From positions 5,544 through 69,543 of the forward strand of contig JAKSUV010000001.1 of the NCBI GenBank assembly GCA_024408655.1: 64,000 nucleotides of DNA, read 5' to 3'. Below the pieces are notes generated by a model that searched no databases, was not told the DNA's origin, and worked only from the letters and a program-made list of their open reading frames with translations. Positions 1 to 8,709 of this stretch are shown here, piece after piece (position 1 is the first letter of the stretch; the number at the start of each line of letters is the position of its first letter). A program made the translations under genes and the position numbers. The DNA comes from Bacilli bacterium (GTDB lineage Bacteria; Bacillota_I; Bacilli_A; RFN20; CAG-826).

Positions 1-190
1 TTGTTTTCTTAGGTTTAAAGGCTTGGCTTAAAAAATCTAAACGTTGATCAGGTACTATGACTACACCGGTGTTGGGATTAATTGTCGCAAATGGATAGTT
101 AGCCGCCTCAACATGGGAGTTAGTAATTGCGTTAAAAAGTGTCGATTTGCCGACATTTGGTAGACCAACAATTCCTGCTTTAAGTGCCAT
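1..190 (-). CDS. ychF: Ribosome-binding ATPase YchF, N-terminal fragment (gene runs off the window start)
   Basis: The reverse complement of 1-190 reads [54 protein letters not shown]. This carries the G1 P-loop GLPNVGKST and the typical YchF N-terminus. It is absent from the ORF track because it is truncated by the window edge. Confidence 0.85.
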   Translation of the reverse strand, partial: MALKAGIVGLPNVGKSTLFNAITNSHVEAANYPFATINPNTGVVIVPDQRLDFLSQAFKPKKT

Positions 191-274
191 CGTATAATAA
201 TTATAACAATTATTATTTTTTATTAAAGTCTAACTTTATTGGAGATAAAAATAGAATAAGAATAGAATAATACC

Positions 275-955
275 ATGAGTATTAAGGTCGTGTTATTTGA
301 TGTCGATGGCACTTTAGTAGACTCCGAACCGCTTTACGCCCTATCATGGTTACAAACTTATCGTGAGCTTGAACCAAATAGTACAGTAAGTGATAAAGAA
401 GCTAATAAATACTATTACGATGAGATTTCTGGCCATTCCGATCAATCGACTTTTGCGCGCATTAAAAAGCAATTTCCTAATGCGAAGATTTTTGACATTA
501 CTTGTACTTATCGTAAACATTTTAACCAAATCGAGAAAACTCATCGTTTTGCTTCCCGTCCCGGAGCGGTAGAATTAGTGAATTTTGTTAAACAGCAAAA
601 GTTACGGATGGGGCTAGTTTCTTGCTCTGACAAAAAATTAATTAATCGCATGATTTCTGATGGCGGTATTAACCCGAACGATTTTGAACATGTCGTGGCA
701 AAAGAAGTATGCCATCTTACTAAACCTAATCCATATCCTTACCAAATTGCTCTAGCTGCTTTTAATGTTAAACCCGAAGAAGCTATCGCCATTGAAGATA
801 CTGAATCTGGCCTTTTGAGTGCAACTAGAGCGAACATTAAATGTATTCTTGTTCATGGCACATCTGCCGTTGATCCTACAATCTTAAAAAATGCCTATCG
901 TGTTCGCAAACATCTAGGTGAATGTATCGAAGACATTAAAGATTTAATGAAGTGA
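275..955 (+). CDS. HAD-superfamily hydrolase, subfamily IA (beta-phosphoglucomutase/phosphatase-like)
   Basis: HAD motif I is FDVDGTLVDSE, and the motif II-IV equivalents are LVSCSD, TKPNPYPY and EDTESG. The specific substrate cannot be inferred. Confidence 0.8.
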   Translation: MSIKVVLFDVDGTLVDSEPLYALSWLQTYRELEPNSTVSDKEANKYYYDEISGHSDQSTFARIKKQFPNAKIFDITCTYRKHFNQIEKTHRFASRPGAVELVNFVKQQKLRMGLVSCSDKKLINRMISDGGINPNDFEHVVAKEVCHLTKPNPYPYQIALAAFNVKPEEAIAIEDTESGLLSATRANIKCILVHGTSAVDPTILKNAYRVRKHLGECIEDIKDLMK

Positions 956-3691
956 TAAACGCGTAATAATTCCGGTGATTAATAACGGTAATGATAGACC
1001 AACCACCACAATAATAATGAACGGTAATGGCGAAATATTTAAAACAGTTCCCCCACCAAGGAGGCTAGCCATCGCGCCCGACATAAAAATTTGCAGAACG
1101 AGCATTTCTAGTATTGCTAATCCAGTAGCGATTAACGCCATCGCTAAAGTGTGAGACAGCATATATTGCATAATGGTTTCCCGTGGATGACCAAGATGTT
1201 TTAATAAACCGACATCCTTTTTATTTTCTAATGTATTTAAATAAGCAATGAGCGATAAAAGCATAATTGTGACGACTAGTGTTACACCTATAAAAATAAA
1301 GGCAATCGTTTTGACATAACTCATCACTTCGTCAACCGTCTTACCGATTTCAACAAGTGGCGAGGTAAATTGATAATCTTTAAAAGCCGCCGATAATTCG
1401 CTAACTAATAAGTCCATATTTACACCTTCGTTAAAAGTTAAAACCAACGAAGTAGGTAGTAAATTAAAAGAAGATACACCCAGTCGATCCCGAAAAAAGG
1501 AAATAGTAAACAAGGGAAAATGATAAAGGTAATTTTGTGGATTATTAACGATGCCCGTTACCACAAAATCATGAATGATGACTGCATCAAGAGTTGAAGA
1601 ATACATACAATAATAAAGTTTTTCACCAATCGGATTAGTCTTTATTCCTAAATAATCGATTAATCCCGTAGACAAAACAATTTCGTCGTAGTTAGTGGGC
1701 GCTACGCCTTGGGTGATATTTGATAAATCACTCGAAAACAATACTCCGTGATTATTAAAACGGGTCATACTGCCAATCGCGACTCCTGGAAAGTCCTCCA
1801 TTTCTCCCTCTGTTTGTTTAGCGAAATAATCTCCAACCGTAACAATTTTCTCTTCATCAAAGGAAAAGCCAATGTTACTGACAAAGCCAGCTAGTAATCC
1901 ACTATTATGCATTTGATACCCACCATAAGTGGATGGGTAATAAGCTTTAATCGCGTTTGCCACTCGTTTAAAGTAAATGATGTCCGAAACATTAACCGTA
2001 TTTTTGTCTAGTGTAAATACTAATAAAACGTTTCGTAGGCAACTATCAGTCGTTACGCATGTATCTTTTAAAAAGTTTTCACTTCGTTCTAATAAAATAT
2101 CGTTAAAACGTGCGTTATAAGTCATCTCTTCTATTAAATCAGTCGGTGCTTCAATCGTATGAAGAGTGAATGCCTTTTTTAAAGTAAACGGGGCTAAGTC
2201 AGTCGCGTTAATATCTAAAGTAGTTGGAAACCGCATCTTCTCTTCAAAGAGGTTTTGATTAAAATAATGGCTTGTATGGTAGACCTCAGAAACGCTTGAG
2301 TTATAAACCGCCTTTAAGCGCATTACCTGTTTATCCTCATATTCCCAGTCAGTGTTGGCAACTTCTAATGACAACATAATTTCTTTCGCTTCAAGATAGG
2401 CGCCTAGTGCCTCAAAAGATCTTTGAATTTGGAGTGATTGGCAAAGCGTAACCATCTGACTATATGTAATACCAATAATGACTTCATCAAGACTTAACTC
2501 ACCGGAAAAATCAGGATAAAAACGATTAATCGTTTTTTCTTCTGGCCAAACATAATTGACAAATAACGCACTATGAAAAGATGGAAGCGGCACTTTAAAA
2601 TCTTCCATATAACGAAGATTCACGCGATCATAAGTTTTAAAAAATGTGTTGAAATTATTAAGATACATAACACCCATGTCATAGCAATAATCACCGTACT
2701 CTTCGTATAAAGCGCGCACCTCGTCTTCCGGTGTTGAAACATAATAGGTATAAGGATTAGGACTAGGATTCCGTTTACTAACAAGAATCTCGTTTTCCTC
2801 CACAATGTTATTAAAAGATTCAACAATTTGGTTCCGCAAAGTAGTGGCGATCATCACGCCAACACCTAAGGCGAGTAGCGAACTAGAAGAGAGAAGATTA
2901 ACAAAGGCTGACCGCCACTTTTTCTCTTTCATTTTTCTTACCCCAGCACGCAATAATAAATTTAGCGATAAGCGTGGCCATTTTTTCTTTTGAATTTTCG
3001 TGTTTGGTAATTTCTTTTCGTCAATTGAATGTAGTTTTTCCACAGATTGAATATTGCCGTCTTGTAAATGAATGATTTCATCTGCATAAGTATATGATTT
3101 TTCTTGATCATGCGACACCACAATCACTAGGTGCGTTTCGCTATATTTTTTTAACAATTCAAAAATTTGAATAGCCGTCTTATCATCGAGGTTTCCGGTT
3201 GGCTCATCGCACAATAAATATTTTGGTTCAGTCACAATTGCGCGAGCGATTGCCACCCGTTGTTTTTCTCCCCCACTTAAAGACTTAACCGCTACATTCT
3301 TTTTTGGCATTAAACTAACATAATTAAGTGCCCGGTCAAGCATCTCCTCTTTCATGCTTTTACTTACGGAAGCAATCGCGTCTAAATTAAACAAAACATT
3401 ATCTTTTACACTGAGTAAATTGAGTAATTTAAAATCTTGGAAAACATAACCGGTTTGGTTAAGACGAAAACTACTTTGCTCAGTTTGATTTAAAAGCCGC
3501 AAATTGGTCCCGTCTAATTGAATCTCTCCTTGGTAATCTAAATCAACCCCACTAATCAGATTTAACAATGTGCTTTTCCCTGAACCACTACTTCCTAAAA
3601 CCACGATTAATCCACGGTTTTGAAAGGTATAAGAAAAATCATTCACCACGGGATTTTTATAATGTTTGGATATCTTATTGAGTGAGATCAT
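944..3691 (-). CDS. MacB-type ABC transporter, fused N-terminal ATPase and FtsX-type permease with a large extracytoplasmic domain (915 aa)
   Basis: Walker [10 protein letters not shown], signature [14 protein letters not shown], Walker [13 protein letters not shown]-loop VVSHD. These are followed by a TM segment, a soluble region of about 500 aa and a C-terminal hydrophobic bundle. There is an ATGA start/stop overlap with the upstream paralog. Confidence 0.85.
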   Translation of the reverse strand: MISLNKISKHYKNPVVNDFSYTFQNRGLIVVLGSSGSGKSTLLNLISGVDLDYQGEIQLDGTNLRLLNQTEQSSFRLNQTGYVFQDFKLLNLLSVKDNVLFNLDAIASVSKSMKEEMLDRALNYVSLMPKKNVAVKSLSGGEKQRVAIARAIVTEPKYLLCDEPTGNLDDKTAIQIFELLKKYSETHLVIVVSHDQEKSYTYADEIIHLQDGNIQSVEKLHSIDEKKLPNTKIQKKKWPRLSLNLLLRAGVRKMKEKKWRSAFVNLLSSSSLLALGVGVMIATTLRNQIVESFNNIVEENEILVSKRNPSPNPYTYYVSTPEDEVRALYEEYGDYCYDMGVMYLNNFNTFFKTYDRVNLRYMEDFKVPLPSFHSALFVNYVWPEEKTINRFYPDFSGELSLDEVIIGITYSQMVTLCQSLQIQRSFEALGAYLEAKEIMLSLEVANTDWEYEDKQVMRLKAVYNSSVSEVYHTSHYFNQNLFEEKMRFPTTLDINATDLAPFTLKKAFTLHTIEAPTDLIEEMTYNARFNDILLERSENFLKDTCVTTDSCLRNVLLVFTLDKNTVNVSDIIYFKRVANAIKAYYPSTYGGYQMHNSGLLAGFVSNIGFSFDEEKIVTVGDYFAKQTEGEMEDFPGVAIGSMTRFNNHGVLFSSDLSNITQGVAPTNYDEIVLSTGLIDYLGIKTNPIGEKLYYCMYSSTLDAVIIHDFVVTGIVNNPQNYLYHFPLFTISFFRDRLGVSSFNLLPTSLVLTFNEGVNMDLLVSELSAAFKDYQFTSPLVEIGKTVDEVMSYVKTIAFIFIGVTLVVTIMLLSLIAYLNTLENKKDVGLLKHLGHPRETIMQYMLSHTLAMALIATGLAILEMLVLQIFMSGAMASLLGGGTVLNISPLPFIIIVVVGLSLPLLITGIITRLSLH

Positions 3692-5727
3692 TCGTCTTTT
3701 AATTCCTCCAAAATATAGTTTTTCTCATAGAACATAAAAGGAATAAGAGCTGCTAAAGATGTAAGTAGTAAAACTACCAAAATAATTAAAGGCGATAAGT
3801 AACTAATAAACGGCACGACAATTAAATTCGTTAAATGAAATGCGCTCGCAATAATTTGGTTCGCTAATAATTGCATTGGGAACGCTAAAATAAACGCAAG
3901 AAGTAAACCGACAATTGCAACTAATAAATTTTCTGCATTAAAAATGCTAAATATATCATTTCGCTTAGCTCCTAAAACCGATAAAATCGCGCTTTCTTGT
4001 TTGTTTTGCGTGTAGTTAGAATAAGACGCGATAATGATAATCGCAAGTGTCGCTAATAGTGTCAAAATTAAGAAAACTACTAGCGAAGTAGCAATGATAT
4101 TAGTCATATCTTCATAAGAACCCGCAATTAAATAAGTAGTTGAGGCAATATCAAAATCATTTAATTTGTCATGTTCCACTTTTAATTGATATAAGCGGTT
4201 CATTTCTTCCATATCCTTTATAAATAAGTAGTAGGCGTAGCCACTATTTGGATCATCACCTGTCGCGTTGCTCACTAATTCATCAATCGTCGCGTTATAG
4301 CCAAGCGCACGCGAGTAGTTTACGAGTAATGTATTTTTCAATTTATGTTGCAAACCTAAATATGAATAATAGACACGCGGCATATTAAGATAAGCAAATT
4401 CTCCCACCACCCCCACAATCCTTAATTCGTCTGAATAAGAGATAAGATCTTTGATATAATCGCTACCCACTTTGCTATTAATCGTCACGATACTTGATAA
4501 CCGCAAACTACGACCAATAATATTTTCTTTCTGATATCCAAAGCGATTAATAAATTCAGTATTAACAACGATTTCTTGAAAATTCGGTGACGGCATCTTA
4601 CCGGCAATTAATAAATCTTGATAAGTATGAAAATCATAAACTGGGGCGAAATCGACATCGTTAATTTCCTGCTGATCAAAGATAAAAACGGGTGCATTTG
4701 GAAAAACGGTTTGATAATTATTCACTACTTCTACACTTGCTAGTTCATCCGTTAAAAACGTTAATTCATCGTCGTTTGGTCGAGATAATTTAGAAATTTT
4801 AATTGGCGAATTTGGTAATTCAATAATGGTTTTCTTGGCGATGGTGGCTGAATTATACAAAAGTGATTCTCGCTCATACTTAGCCCGCGACGCGTTCGAA
4901 CCATTGATATACCCGGTTGATAATAGGAAACTTAATGTAGAGAAACTGATTGCCGCTAAACTAATAAGGTTACGGATACGATGCTTTCTTAAATGCAATT
5001 TTAAAAATGTTTGCGTTAATAAATGATTGCTATGCCGTTGATGTTTAACCATTTTCTTTTGTGTCGGCACCGCTGATAGAGGACTCACATTTCCGTTTAC
5101 GATATTAATACGGTAATCCTCATATTGACGAATTAACGCGTCATTGTGGGACACGACAATAACTAAATGATCTTTCGCTAATTTTTTAAGCTCATCCATC
5201 ACTAAGACACTATTTTTACTATCAAGTGCGCCGGTTGGCTCATCAGCTAGTATCACTTCTGGATGATTAATCAAAGCGCGTAATAACGCCACGCGTTGTT
5301 TTTCTCCACCGGATAATGTTCCATATTTTTGTTCTTTTAAATTCTCTAGATGATATTGCTTAAATAGTTCATCAGCGGATTCATACGCTTTTGCTTTCTT
5401 CGCGCCTTTAATAAGTGCTGGTATCGCCACGTTTTGTATACTCGTTAAATCATTAAAGAGATTAAAGTGTTGAAATAAAATGCCAAGTTTTTCGTTTTGA
5501 TAGGTTTTTAGCGCCACCGCATTAAATTTGTTTAAATCATCGCCGCCATACATCACTGTGCCAGTGGTGGGATGGTCGATACCTGAAAGTAAATTTAATA
5601 AAGTCGACTTACCCGACCCTGATTTACCCACAATCGCTACTAAACCGCGCGTAGGAAAAGTAAGGGTTACATGGTGTAAGACGCTTTGCTTACCGTATTG
5701 TTTGCTAACATTAACTAATCGATACAT
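3688..5727 (-). CDS. MacB-type ABC transporter, fused ATPase and FtsX-type permease (679 aa)
   Basis: Walker A GKSGSGKST, signature [14 protein letters not shown], Walker [13 protein letters not shown]-loop VVSHN, and a C-terminal TM bundle. It is the first gene of a tandem pair. No SD is visible in the 12 nt before the ATG. Confidence 0.85.
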   Translation of the reverse strand: MYRLVNVSKQYGKQSVLHHVTLTFPTRGLVAIVGKSGSGKSTLLNLLSGIDHPTTGTVMYGGDDLNKFNAVALKTYQNEKLGILFQHFNLFNDLTSIQNVAIPALIKGAKKAKAYESADELFKQYHLENLKEQKYGTLSGGEKQRVALLRALINHPEVILADEPTGALDSKNSVLVMDELKKLAKDHLVIVVSHNDALIRQYEDYRINIVNGNVSPLSAVPTQKKMVKHQRHSNHLLTQTFLKLHLRKHRIRNLISLAAISFSTLSFLLSTGYINGSNASRAKYERESLLYNSATIAKKTIIELPNSPIKISKLSRPNDDELTFLTDELASVEVVNNYQTVFPNAPVFIFDQQEINDVDFAPVYDFHTYQDLLIAGKMPSPNFQEIVVNTEFINRFGYQKENIIGRSLRLSSIVTINSKVGSDYIKDLISYSDELRIVGVVGEFAYLNMPRVYYSYLGLQHKLKNTLLVNYSRALGYNATIDELVSNATGDDPNSGYAYYLFIKDMEEMNRLYQLKVEHDKLNDFDIASTTYLIAGSYEDMTNIIATSLVVFLILTLLATLAIIIIASYSNYTQNKQESAILSVLGAKRNDIFSIFNAENLLVAIVGLLLAFILAFPMQLLANQIIASAFHLTNLIVVPFISYLSPLIILVVLLLTSLAALIPFMFYEKNYILEELKDE

Positions 5728-5738
5728 AACATTTGTAG

Positions 5739-5756
5739 CGGCGCCTGAAGGCGCCG
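5739..5756 (-). promoter_or_regulatory. 7-bp all-GC hairpin (CGGCGCC-loop-GGCGCCG) 12 nt upstream of the ABC start codon
   Basis: The inverted repeat is read directly: cggcgcc tgaa ggcgccg. It is GC-rich in an AT-rich intergenic context. Its position suggests control of translation initiation or mRNA stability. Confidence 0.35.
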
Positions 5757-5812
5757 GGAGATGAGGGCTTGAGTTTCGACAGAGGTATGGTAAAATATAT
5801 TTGGGTTTATTA

Positions 5813-5836
5813 GGATGGGATTTCCCATCCTTTTTT
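5813..5836 (+). terminator. Intrinsic-terminator-like hairpin (GGATGGG-ATTT-CCCATCC followed by T6)
   Basis: A 7-bp stem is followed by TTTTTT on the plus strand and preceded by A6 on the minus strand reading. It lies 2 nt downstream of the stop of the 20-codon micro-ORF on the opposite strand. Confidence 0.5.
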
Positions 5837-5837
5837 G

Positions 5838-5900
5838 TTAGCCCTTAATAACAATCGCTAACAACAACACCAATATTAACAAGATGAGAGTGTCGCTCAT
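5838..5900 (-). CDS. Candidate 20-aa hydrophobic micropeptide MSDTLILLILVLLLAIVIKG
   Basis: AAGGAGG sits 4 nt upstream of the ATG. The peptide is essentially one TM helix, and the stop is followed by the hairpin at 5813-5830. It is too short for the ORF track and is unverified. Confidence 0.3.
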   Translation of the reverse strand: MSDTLILLILVLLLAIVIKG

Positions 5901-5964
5901 CGCGCCTCCTTTTCTTGCCACACGTGTCGATCCCCAATTCGACGACTCCTAAGAAGCGGACCAT
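5845..5964 (-). CDS. Candidate 39-aa micro-ORF MVRFLGVVELGIDTCGKKRRRDERHSHLVNIGVVVSDCY, overlapping the 20-aa ORF in another frame
   Basis: GAGGAGGGG precedes the ATG with 4 nt (ATTT) in between. It fully overlaps the 20-codon ORF, so at most one of the two is likely to be the main product. Confidence 0.2.
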   Translation of the reverse strand: MVRFLGVVELGIDTCGKKRRRDERHSHLVNIGVVVSDCY

Positions 5965-6087
5965 AAATCCCCTCCTCATATAGTAAATATGCAAATTAAC
6001 CCTGGGATGACGCGAATATTTATCTATATTTATTTATAAATATAAATTTATATATCAATGAAAATAATTCTCACTTTTTTACCAGTA

Positions 6088-6096
6088 TGGTAAAAT
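6088..6096 (+). promoter_or_regulatory. Extended -10 promoter element TGGTAAAAT for the CofE-like/tldD/pmbA operon
   Basis: TGnTAAAAT lies 33 nt upstream of the ATG at 6129, and the SD AAGGAGAA is at 6116-6123. The 13-mer GTATGGTAAAATA recurs exactly 300 bp upstream, at 5785-5797. Confidence 0.45.
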
Positions 6097-6128
6097 AATA
6101 CGCTGCAGAAACAGTAAGGAGAAAACTA

Positions 6129-7322
6129 ATGGCTCGAAACGTTGGAACAATCTCAAGAGGAATTCGTTGCCCTATTATTAAAGAGGGCGATAACCTTGCC
6201 CAAATTGTTGTTGATAGTGTTTTAACCGCGGGCCAAACTGATCATTTCTCTTTGCGTGATAAAGATGTTATCGCAGTTACTGAATCCGTCGTGGCGCGGG
6301 CTCAAGGTAACTACGCTAGTATCGACGCTATTGGTCAAGATATTAAAAACAAACTTGGTGGCGACACCATCGGTGTTATCTTCCCCATTTATTCACGGAA
6401 CCGCTTCAGCGTACTTTTAAAAGGTATTGCGCGCGGTGCTAAGAAAATTATTCTAATGCTTTCTTATCCGAGTGATGAAGTTGGCAATTCCTTATTAACC
6501 TATGATGACTTAGATGCGAAAGGCATTAATCCTTATTCCGATGTCTTAACGCTTGAACGGTATCGGCAATTATTTGGTTTCCGGAAACATGAATTCACCG
6601 GTATCGATTATATCGAATACTACACAAAATTAATCGAAGGTGAAGGTGCGACTGCGGAAGTAATTTTTGCGAATCAACCCAAAGCGATTCTTAATTACAC
6701 CAAGAAAATTTTAACTTGCGATATCCATACTCGCGCTAGAACTAAGCGTTTATTAAAAGCCGCAGGTGCGGAGATTGTGTTAGGTCTTGATGATATATTA
6801 ACTAGTTCCGTTAACGGCAGTGGTTATAACAAAGATTATGGCTTATTAGGAACTAATAAAGCGACTGAAACTACGGTGAAATTATTCCCCCGTGACGCTC
6901 AAGGATTAGTGGAAAAAATCCAAAAAGATATTCTTACAAAAACTGGTAAACACGTGGAAGTAATGGTTTATGGCGACGGTGCTTTTAAAGATCCTCAAGG
7001 GAAAATTTGGGAATTAGCCGACCCCGTTGTTTCACCTTTCCACACCGATGGTTTAATCGGTACACCGAACGAATTAAAACTTAAATATCTTGCTGACAAT
7101 GATTTTAAAGATTTAAAAGGCGAAGAATTAAAAGCCGCTATTGCTCAATCCATTAAAAATAAAGCCAAAGATTTAAAAGGCACAATGGCGACACAAGGCA
7201 CTACCCCGCGTCTACTCACCGATTTATTAGGTTCATTATGTGATCTCACTAGTGGTTCAGGCGATAAAGGTACGCCGATTATTTTAGTCCAAGGATATTT
7301 CGATAATTACACCAATGATTAG
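6129..7322 (+). CDS. CofE-like protein (F420-0:gamma-glutamyl ligase family fold), function unknown in this context
   Basis: The N-terminus (GIRCPIIKEGDNLAQIVV...VIAVTESVVARAQGN) and the C-terminal SGSGDKGTPIILVQGYF resemble the CofE/F420-ligase family. This is recognised by eye only. There is an 8-nt overlap with tldD. Confidence 0.5.
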   Translation: MARNVGTISRGIRCPIIKEGDNLAQIVVDSVLTAGQTDHFSLRDKDVIAVTESVVARAQGNYASIDAIGQDIKNKLGGDTIGVIFPIYSRNRFSVLLKGIARGAKKIILMLSYPSDEVGNSLLTYDDLDAKGINPYSDVLTLERYRQLFGFRKHEFTGIDYIEYYTKLIEGEGATAEVIFANQPKAILNYTKKILTCDIHTRARTKRLLKAAGAEIVLGLDDILTSSVNGSGYNKDYGLLGTNKATETTVKLFPRDAQGLVEKIQKDILTKTGKHVEVMVYGDGAFKDPQGKIWELADPVVSPFHTDGLIGTPNELKLKYLADNDFKDLKGEELKAAIAQSIKNKAKDLKGTMATQGTTPRLLTDLLGSLCDLTSGSGDKGTPIILVQGYFDNYTND

Positions 7323-8709
7323 TAAAAAACTCGCTAAACAAGTCTTAGAAGCGGGCCTCATTTCAGGCGCCGATTTTGCTGAACTTTATTACGAAGAAGA
7401 TAAGAAAAATGCGATTAATCTAGATAATGGCGTGCTTGAAGGCGTCGCCAATGTCTCTTCTTCTGGCGTCGGTATTCGTTTATTAAAAGGTGATCACAGT
7501 GTTTATGGCTACACCAACGATTTAAAATGGAGCCGTCTCATCGCGCTCGCCCAAAAATTAGCGAACGGCTTTCAAGGACAAAAAGTTGTTGAATGTCGTG
7601 GGTTCACTAATCAAAAAGTTAAAAACATTAACCCCAATGATGGCTCATATTTTAAAATGCCCATTCAAGAAAAAATTGCTATTTTAAAGCAAGCCACGCA
7701 AGCGATGAAAGAAGTTTCACCGTTAGTAACACGCGCTCTTGCGTCATTTGTTGGTGACCAAAAGAAAATCGAAATCTATAATAGCGATGGGCTTCACCTT
7801 AAAGATGCTCGTGAGCATTCTCGCTTAGTGTTCCGCGCCGAAGCTAGTCGCGGTGACCGCCACGAAAGTAACTTCGCCATTCCTGGTACTACCGGTAACA
7901 TGGATTATTTTAAAACTATTGATATTAATCAAATCGCTCGTGATACGGCCCGCGAGGCGGTTGAAGGTTTAGACGCAAAAGAATGTCCGTCAGGCAAAAT
8001 GGATGTCATTATTGGTAATGCGACCGGCGGTGTTTTATTCCACGAAGCCTGTGGGCATAGTCTTGAGGCTTCTGCGGTTGCCCGCAATCTTTCGGTTTTT
8101 GCTCATCGCCAAGGAGAGCAAATCGCGAGTCCACTAGTCAACGCTTACGATGATGCCACCATCCCTGGTCTTTGGGGCACTAATAACACCGATGATGAGG
8201 GCCATCCAACTGAACGCATTTGCTTAATTAAAAACGGCGTATTGAATGATTATTTAGCGGACCGTTTCCATGGTCAACAAATCAAGCACCGTGCCAACGG
8301 CACTTGCCGTCGTCAAAGCTATAAATACGAGCCAGTTACCCGTATGAGTAACACTTATATTGATAAAGGCACTTCCACCGTTGAAGAAATTTTTAAAAAC
8401 ACTAAATTAGGCTTATATGCCAAAGGATTATGTGGTGGATCGGTGATGCCCACTACTGGTCAGTTCGAATTCGGTTGTAGTGTCGCCTACATTGTACGTG
8501 ATGGTAAAATTGCTGAACGGGTGCGTGGCGCAACTTTAATTGGTAGCGGCGAAGAAGTACTAAAAAACATCGATATGATTGCTGATGATTTAGAATTTGA
8601 TACTGGTTATTGCGGTGCCTCAAGCGGCTCAGTCCCAGTGGCCACTGGACAACCCACCCTTCGGGTGAAAAATCTTTTGGTTGGTGGTAATGGAGGCAAA
8701 TTAGTATGA
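7315..8709 (+). CDS. tldD: TldD-family metalloprotease
   Basis: The zinc motif HEACGHSLE, the typical length of 464 aa and the ATGA overlap with the pmbA partner support the call. Confidence 0.85.
   Translation: MISKKLAKQVLEAGLISGADFAELYYEEDKKNAINLDNGVLEGVANVSSSGVGIRLLKGDHSVYGYTNDLKWSRLIALAQKLANGFQGQKVVECRGFTNQKVKNINPNDGSYFKMPIQEKIAILKQATQAMKEVSPLVTRALASFVGDQKKIEIYNSDGLHLKDAREHSRLVFRAEASRGDRHESNFAIPGTTGNMDYFKTIDINQIARDTAREAVEGLDAKECPSGKMDVIIGNATGGVLFHEACGHSLEASAVARNLSVFAHRQGEQIASPLVNAYDDATIPGLWGTNNTDDEGHPTERICLIKNGVLNDYLADRFHGQQIKHRANGTCRRQSYKYEPVTRMSNTYIDKGTSTVEEIFKNTKLGLYAKGLCGGSVMPTTGQFEFGCSVAYIVRDGKIAERVRGATLIGSGEEVLKNIDMIADDLEFDTGYCGASSGSVPVATGQPTLRVKNLLVGGNGGKLV

Noticed and set aside
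5786-5836. Possible tiny plus-strand sRNA from the extended -10 (TGGTAAAAT, 5788-5796) to the T6 terminator
   Set aside because: The transcript would be only about 30-35 nt, essentially the terminator hairpin alone, which is too short to call as a gene. It is kept only as one element of the leader-region finding.
6031-6042. Perfect 12-nt palindrome TATTTATAAATA in the divergent promoter region
   Set aside because: It lies in a nearly pure A/T stretch where such palindromes arise by chance. There is no second copy or flanking specificity to support an operator call.
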